From positions 135,965-199,964 of the forward strand of contig NMRA01000638.1 in assembly GCA_002633005.1 (NCBI GenBank): a DNA stretch of 64,000 nucleotides, in the 5' to 3' direction. Shown one piece after another: positions 62,501 to 64,000 of this stretch; positions within the stretch are counted from its first letter, which is position 1, and the number at the start of each line of letters is the position of its first letter. The notes beneath the pieces are model-generated. The model saw only the letters and a program-made list of their open reading frames with translations, was not told where the DNA came from and made no database searches. The translations under genes were made by a program, and so were the position numbers. This DNA is from Phoronis australis. Lineage: Eukaryota > Animalia > Phoronida.

Positions 62501-62895
62501 GGAACAAAAATCAGAACCACAATAAACTTGATCGACATTTTTAACCAAAAATAAAAACTAATCTAATTTGAATTTCAACAAACCACTTCCATTTAAAAGC
62601 ATTACTTTAGAATGGGGGCTTAACAGAAATTCGTTTCAGTTATAATGAACAACGAGGACTGAACAAATTTCTATCACACGGCTTACACGACCAGGTGGTT
62701 AGAAGAACGTCTACTGCTTACCTCCCATGTCATTACCCCATTACCATCTGAGGCTGTCGTTTGTGTTAATTTCAACTTTTTAGCCTTTCTTTCATTAGTG
62801 ACAAGCTTCTCCTCCGCTGGCAGAGGTGTACTAGGGAGATTCTTCACATCTTTCTTCTTTTTCTTCTTTGACCGACAGGACATACATCCCCACAT
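7060..62895 (-). CDS. MACF1: Spectraplakin (Shot/VAB-10/MACF1/dystonin-like) gene, partial: 22 spliced exons encoding alternative N-terminus, CH2, plakin domain with SH3, and plectin repeats; continues beyond the window
   Basis: Manual splicing gives consecutive GT-AG exons with matching phases summing to 5260 nt. Motifs include ISD..[35 protein letters not shown] (CH2), LERLQRLA, WLNEREEAE..DWS, SH3 KWKVRSPSGQQGVAPAVCF and DPxTG plectin repeats. Invertebrates typically have one co-ortholog of MACF1/DST, so the symbol is approximate. Confidence 0.93.
8920..9135 (-). CDS. Spectraplakin exon, end of plakin domain (IFSNKAKAYKESLQ...GCVTPSK)
   Basis: gttttag|ATA ... AAG|GTTGGT, 216 nt open frame translated by hand. 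Confidence 0.88.
12959..13042 (-). CDS. Spectraplakin exon (RLYQGLKDRRPQIEMVNKYGGKYLREAQ)
   Basis: tttcag|CGG ... CAG|GTCAGT, 84 nt. Confidence 0.9.
14132..14291 (-). CDS. Spectraplakin exon (LRGIETSVDILHHFHENLDHEKAYV...MDPSM)
   Basis: ctccag|G ... ATG|GTGAGT, phase 2 to 0; a different frame from the listed ORF. Confidence 0.85.
14831..15021 (-). CDS. Spectraplakin exon (DLQKSIQENRP...RWENVCVQAVER)
   Basis: ctctaag|GAC (or ctgcag|AAG at 15012) ... AG|GTGTGT, phase 0 to 2. Confidence 0.88.
15498..15797 (-). CDS. Spectraplakin exon (EFENELQSYE...SQEELH)
   Basis: ttcgcag|GAA ... CAT|GTAAGT, 300 nt. Confidence 0.92.
15808..18860 (-). mobile_element. Nested HINE cluster: older copy from 15808, younger complete copy 16705-18372, solo terminus 18556-18593
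   Basis: aacaagagcaac termini at 15808 and 16705; tgggcgcataaaa termini near 18372 and 18593. Confidence 0.75.
19812..19972 (-). CDS. Spectraplakin exon (AKYPRSS...EERVLAHK)
   Basis: ttgcag|AA ... AAG|GTGAGG, phase 1 to 0. Confidence 0.88.
20662..22798 (+). mobile_element. Kolobok-type DNA transposon, internally deleted, with THAP-like remnant
   Basis: TTAA at 20658-20661 and 22799-22802; imperfect TIR aggagaaggtaacctttttcatgtca / tgacatgaaaaatggttgtcttcccct; ORF 20816-21211 has GCDN..W..PSDY..RLKKGAI. Confidence 0.75.
21747..22459. mobile_element. MITE nested in the Kolobok element (PIF/ISL2EU-like)
   Basis: ~37-bp TIR agagaggttttgcaaagtgacgtgaacgtgaattatca / tgatacttcacgttcatgtccctttgcgaaacctctct; AT on both flanks. 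Confidence 0.7.
23835..24139 (-). CDS. Spectraplakin exon (LKLQMVHLDSLWQ...AQKTE) with a Gly-rich loop
   Basis: ttctag|A ... G|GTATGT, phase 2 to 1. Confidence 0.9.
24588..26789 (-). mobile_element. HINE with a nested second copy starting at 24911
   Basis: Two aacaagagcaacg..gaaatgcgccca starts, about four internal units, and a hairpin end atatgtgggcgcataaaa. Confidence 0.8.
26990..27385. mobile_element. PIF/Harbinger-like MITE
   Basis: Imperfect TIR gttccgtccacac..ctagaac / gttctagag..gtgaggacgacac; TAA on both sides. Confidence 0.6.
27905..29209. mobile_element. Tc1/mariner-type non-autonomous element, truncated copy
   Basis: Collinear with 53620-54600; ends gggcgcttattagcgcgaatatgg. Confidence 0.7.
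29431..29585 (-). CDS. Spectraplakin exon, SH3 (FSIAKNDTCLLLDTSQLIKWKVRSPSGQQGVAPAVCFLVPPPNQEAIELVK)
   Basis: ctttaatag|TTT ... AA|GTAAGT, phase 0 to 2; translated by hand. Confidence 0.93.
29635..31319 (-). mobile_element. Complete HINE
   Basis: aacaagagcaacggggagcgttgaaatgcgccca ... gacgccagacgg ... atgcgtccacatataaatacatgggcgcataaaaa. Confidence 0.8.
31396..31945 (-). mobile_element. Older short HINE copy
   Basis: acaagagcaacatgg start; degenerate unit; atatgcacccacatat end. Confidence 0.6.
32388..32657 (-). CDS. Spectraplakin exon (FFEDARKTEDW...SLCAYKQMN), spectrin repeat and SH3 start
   Basis: gtttag|TTT ... AAT|GTAAGT, 270 nt. Confidence 0.93.
32955..33050 (-). CDS. Spectraplakin exon (AFMTTMQTQWAWLLQLMMCLETHLKHTREHNQ)
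   Basis: tttcag|GCA ... CAG|GTAAGC, 96 nt; conserved QTQWxWLLQL motif. Confidence 0.95.
33130..36160 (-). mobile_element. Decayed Penelope-like retroelement (RT plus GIY-YIG), 5' truncated
   Basis: YVRCVDDVFMIW..INFLD (ORF 35621..35968), IPFVTSLHP (ORF 33855..34136), PIGDHFNLPGH..GLN near 33400-33560. Confidence 0.82.
34222..35702. mobile_element. Tc1/mariner-type non-autonomous element inserted in the Penelope RT
   Basis: TA-flanked TIRs ccgtattcaccgtaataaccgccc / gggcggttattacggcgaatacgg; inverted relative to the 53508 copy. Confidence 0.85.
36165..37126 (-). mobile_element. HINE internal repeat fragment
   Basis: About two ~440-bp units; no termini seen. Confidence 0.7.
37385..37489 (-). 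CDS. Spectraplakin exon (SLMSDMESRETQF...TIE), copy 2 of 39586-39690
   Basis: Same splice sites, 105 nt, Ser instead of Cys. Confidence 0.8.
39096..39257 (-). CDS. Duplicate of exon 41290-41451 (FLEG instead of FLEE), probably an allelic copy
   Basis: Same splice sites and length; lies inside the N-joined 2.2-kb duplication. Confidence 0.6.
39586..39690 (-). CDS. Spectraplakin exon (SLMCDMESRETQF...HPASRTIE), copy 1
   Basis: ttcag|AGC ... GAG|GTGAGG, 105 nt. Confidence 0.85.
41290..41451 (-). CDS. Spectraplakin exon (NTANRRL...WLNEREEAEISRDWS...YYQ), copy 1
   Basis: gcacag|AAT ... CAG|GTTGGT, 162 nt. Confidence 0.9.
41530..41840 (+). mobile_element. Penelope-like GIY-YIG C-terminal fragment
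   Basis: RVKDH..AVIQEHA..DFSIL..KRMVREASEIHVHRPSLNRDPG (ORF 41563..41838). Confidence 0.72.
42186..42395 (-). CDS. Spectraplakin exon, spectrin repeat (NSLEVAEYGSDL...YSLLT)
   Basis: cccag|AAT ... ACT|GTAAG, 210 nt, phase 0 to 0. Confidence 0.93.
43080..43284 (-). CDS. Spectraplakin exon, plakin domain (VNTLYQKW...CLTWIEMKQ)
   Basis: ttccag|A ... CAG|GTGAGT, phase 2 to 0. Confidence 0.92.
43619..43876 (-). CDS. Spectraplakin exon, plakin domain (LERLQRLAEKV...LLHKR)
   Basis: gtgcag|G ... AG|GTAGGT, phase 2 to 2. Confidence 0.93.
44510..44680. repeat. 4 x 43-bp minisatellite spanning an exon end and donor site
   Basis: Unit ctggttcctacaacatacctactgatctccacctgtatgggcc at 44510, 44553, 44596 and 44639. 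Confidence 0.92.
44657..44886 (-). CDS. Spectraplakin exon, plakin domain (TLLAEFNHFRIKEIPP...QAEITR)
   Basis: ttctag|ACG ... AG|GTATGT, phase 0 to 2; within ORF 44614..44880. Confidence 0.93.
45395..45514 (-). CDS. Spectraplakin exon, plakin domain start (ERRVKWEEYRDLAASLLRWIR...EMK)
   Basis: ttttaacag|GAG ... AAG|GTATAT, 120 nt, phase 0 to 0. Confidence 0.93.
45748..46250. mobile_element. Same MITE family, longer copy, 6-bp TSD
   Basis: cagggcttggaat...attccaagccctg flanked by taggat on both sides; subterminal gcggaaa repeats. Confidence 0.8.
46493..46599 (-). CDS. Spectraplakin exon, CH2 end ([24 protein letters not shown]...)
   Basis: ttttcccag|AT ... AAC|GTAAGT, phase 1 to 0; PDEKS motif. 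Confidence 0.95.
47041..49170. repeat. Three ~150-bp direct repeats with GAT/GAC microsatellite (47041-47208, 47211-47363, 49029-49170) bracketing TE-like sequence
   Basis: Shared gacacttggcgaaattaa..gaaaagacg(gat/gac)n..ataacattca..cagtcttg. Confidence 0.7.
47465..48315 (-). mobile_element. Complete short HINE (clearest copy)
   Basis: Stem-loop caacgcagagcgttg, subterminal repeat atgcgcc, (ggac)n microsatellite at about 48245-48266, hairpin atgcgtccacatat-aa-atatgtgggcgcat, A-rich flanks consistent with TT insertion. Confidence 0.82.
49514..49629 (-). CDS. Spectraplakin exon, CH2 (PDAIDYRLVRSNTARQNLELAFDTAEKEFGVTKLLDAE)
   Basis: ttttattgcag|A ... G|GTAAGT, phase 2 to 1; translated by hand, not in ORF track. 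Confidence 0.95.
51565..51731 (-). CDS. Spectraplakin exon, CH2 start ([25 protein letters not shown]...HKNR)
   Basis: tatcttcag|ATC acceptor, AG|GTAAGC donor, phase 0 to 2; classic CH2 sequence. Confidence 0.95.
51750..51945. repeat. Degenerate ~36-bp minisatellite (about 5 copies) next to the CH2 acceptor
   Basis: aaacagtagtgcaattgtgatatgggttacaataag-like units. Confidence 0.7.
53508..54971. mobile_element. Tc1/mariner-type non-autonomous element (same family); contains N at 54170
   Basis: ta|ccgtattcgccctaataaccgtccagggcgctt ... aagcgccctgggtggtaacccggacgagtacgg|ta. Confidence 0.82.
55553..55650 (-). mobile_element. Degenerate HINE terminus fragment
   Basis: aacaagagcaacacagatccttgaaatacaccca. 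Confidence 0.5.
58754..59091. mobile_element. MITE (~340 bp)
   Basis: Imperfect TIR taaacaatgccaccatctcctctggccccagtagagac / gtctctactaaggccagtcaagatggtggcactgtcta. Confidence 0.65.
59471..62256. repeat. Pair of ~105-bp inverted dispersed repeats (59471-59575 and 62153-62256)
   Basis: gggtgttccatcgaaattggaatcccggtgtaaaacagatatcc.. matches the reverse complement of ..ggatatccgttttacactggagttccaattttgacggaacacc. Confidence 0.75.
60873..61825. mobile_element. hAT-type non-autonomous element
   Basis: tagggctttatccag / ctggatgaagacctg termini with 8-bp TSD gcgacaat / gcgacaac. Confidence 0.7.
62722..62895 (-). CDS. Putative alternative first coding exon (MWGCMSCRSKKKKKK...VMTWE, 58 aa)
   Basis: ATG at 62895 and strong donor GAG|GTAAGC at 62722/62721; phase 0 matches the CH2 exon acceptor. 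Confidence 0.7.
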
Positions 62896-64000
62896 TATGC
62901 TAGTCTCTCATTCCCCACTCCAAGTCCGTTACTCTCTGCTGTTGTGCCTGGCTTTCCTGTCTGTCAGTTAGACTGTAATTCCAGGTCTACCACATTCTAC
63001 CAGATGTTTACAGCTGACTGAAGTTAGACACCGCAAATGTCGGACAAGCCTTAACCTTAGCCAACTGGGTAACATTAACAGAATGAGAAACAAACTCAGC
63101 TCAACAGGAAGCCCAAATCAGCACTTGCCCAACTGCTGAGTTATCAAAGCTGTCTATTGCTTAATGGATTAATTGAACGTTCACATTCACTGTTTAACAG
63201 TGGCTCTATTTCAAAACATGCCAGTCACACAACATCCACTGTTCAACATCAAGCCTCACTAAACCAAAGGAGAAAAAACAACTGGGATGACCTCTGTATC
63301 CACCAGCCCAAAACAGATGATTGAAGTGTTCTCAGTCAGAACAACAAATCAAAATGTTGCAAGCACTGGGTACCCCTCAGGATCACATAACAAGCAGACT
63401 TTGACCTCCACAAGGCAGTAATAATCAAAAATGAAATACAACCAGCACTGATGTATGACCAAAACTCCTGTCACAGATGGGATAGCTGCTAATACCTGTT
63501 CTGTCAGAATGTCAGTGCGCAAACACTGACCATGTATTGTCCTCAGACCACAGCATTCACTCACAGAAGATACTGAATCCAATGTCAGTTGCCAAACAAT
63601 TTTGCATAGTTGACCTGTTATTGTATGCACAGGTCTCAATTCATAAATAATCTGGAGGGGCTTTGTATGAGTGGAAGTCTTCAAATAGATAGATGAAGGT
63701 TAGGTGACACAACCCTAGGTTATCAATATTATTCTTCAAGAATGCCATCAAATGCTCACTTGGTCACCTCCAATGCAACATTCAACCTTGAGCTCCTATA
63801 GTGATTGGGCATTACAAGTCCATCATACACAATTAAACGGGTTAATCCTGAACTTGATGCTTGAGAAACCAAAAACATTTGACTTAGGTGTCACTCAAGT
63901 GCCGAGGTGTCATTACAATAAACTGTTACAACTACCAACTTCAGTAACAAAGGTAACTGTACAACACCTCTGACTAGATATGTTATCTGTTTGTAGTTGA

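Noticed and set aside
63349-63684. 111-aa ORF as a CH1 exon
   Set aside because: Lacks CH1 motifs (QKKTFTKW, DLRDG, LGLIWTIILHFQ)

Overview
AT-rich animal (metazoan) genomic DNA, most consistent with a marine invertebrate (inference). The whole window lies inside one minus-strand spectraplakin gene (Shot/VAB-10/MACF1/dystonin family). I traced 22 phase-compatible GT-AG coding exons by hand from 62895 down to 7060 (5260 nt, about 1753 codons). They encode a Cys/polybasic first exon, the second calponin-homology domain (CH2), the plakin domain (spectrin repeats plus SH3) and the start of the plectin-repeat region. CH1 exons and the 3' half of the gene are not in the window. Introns are packed with transposons: co-oriented Helentron-type non-autonomous elements (HINE/DINE-1 architecture) whose internal ~145-bp monomers each carry a CTCF-consensus-like motif, decayed Penelope-like retroelements, a Kolobok-type element with a THAP remnant, and Tc1/mariner-, hAT- and Harbinger-type MITEs. 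Two tandem duplications are joined at single N bases (0.7 kb, and 2.2 kb containing two exons) and look like haplotype assembly artefacts. Best leads: the CTCF-like motif arrays carried by the rolling-circle elements, a CH1-less isoform with a putative lipid-anchor N-terminus, and splice-junction-derived minisatellites. No prokaryotic-type system (CRISPR, operon) is present.
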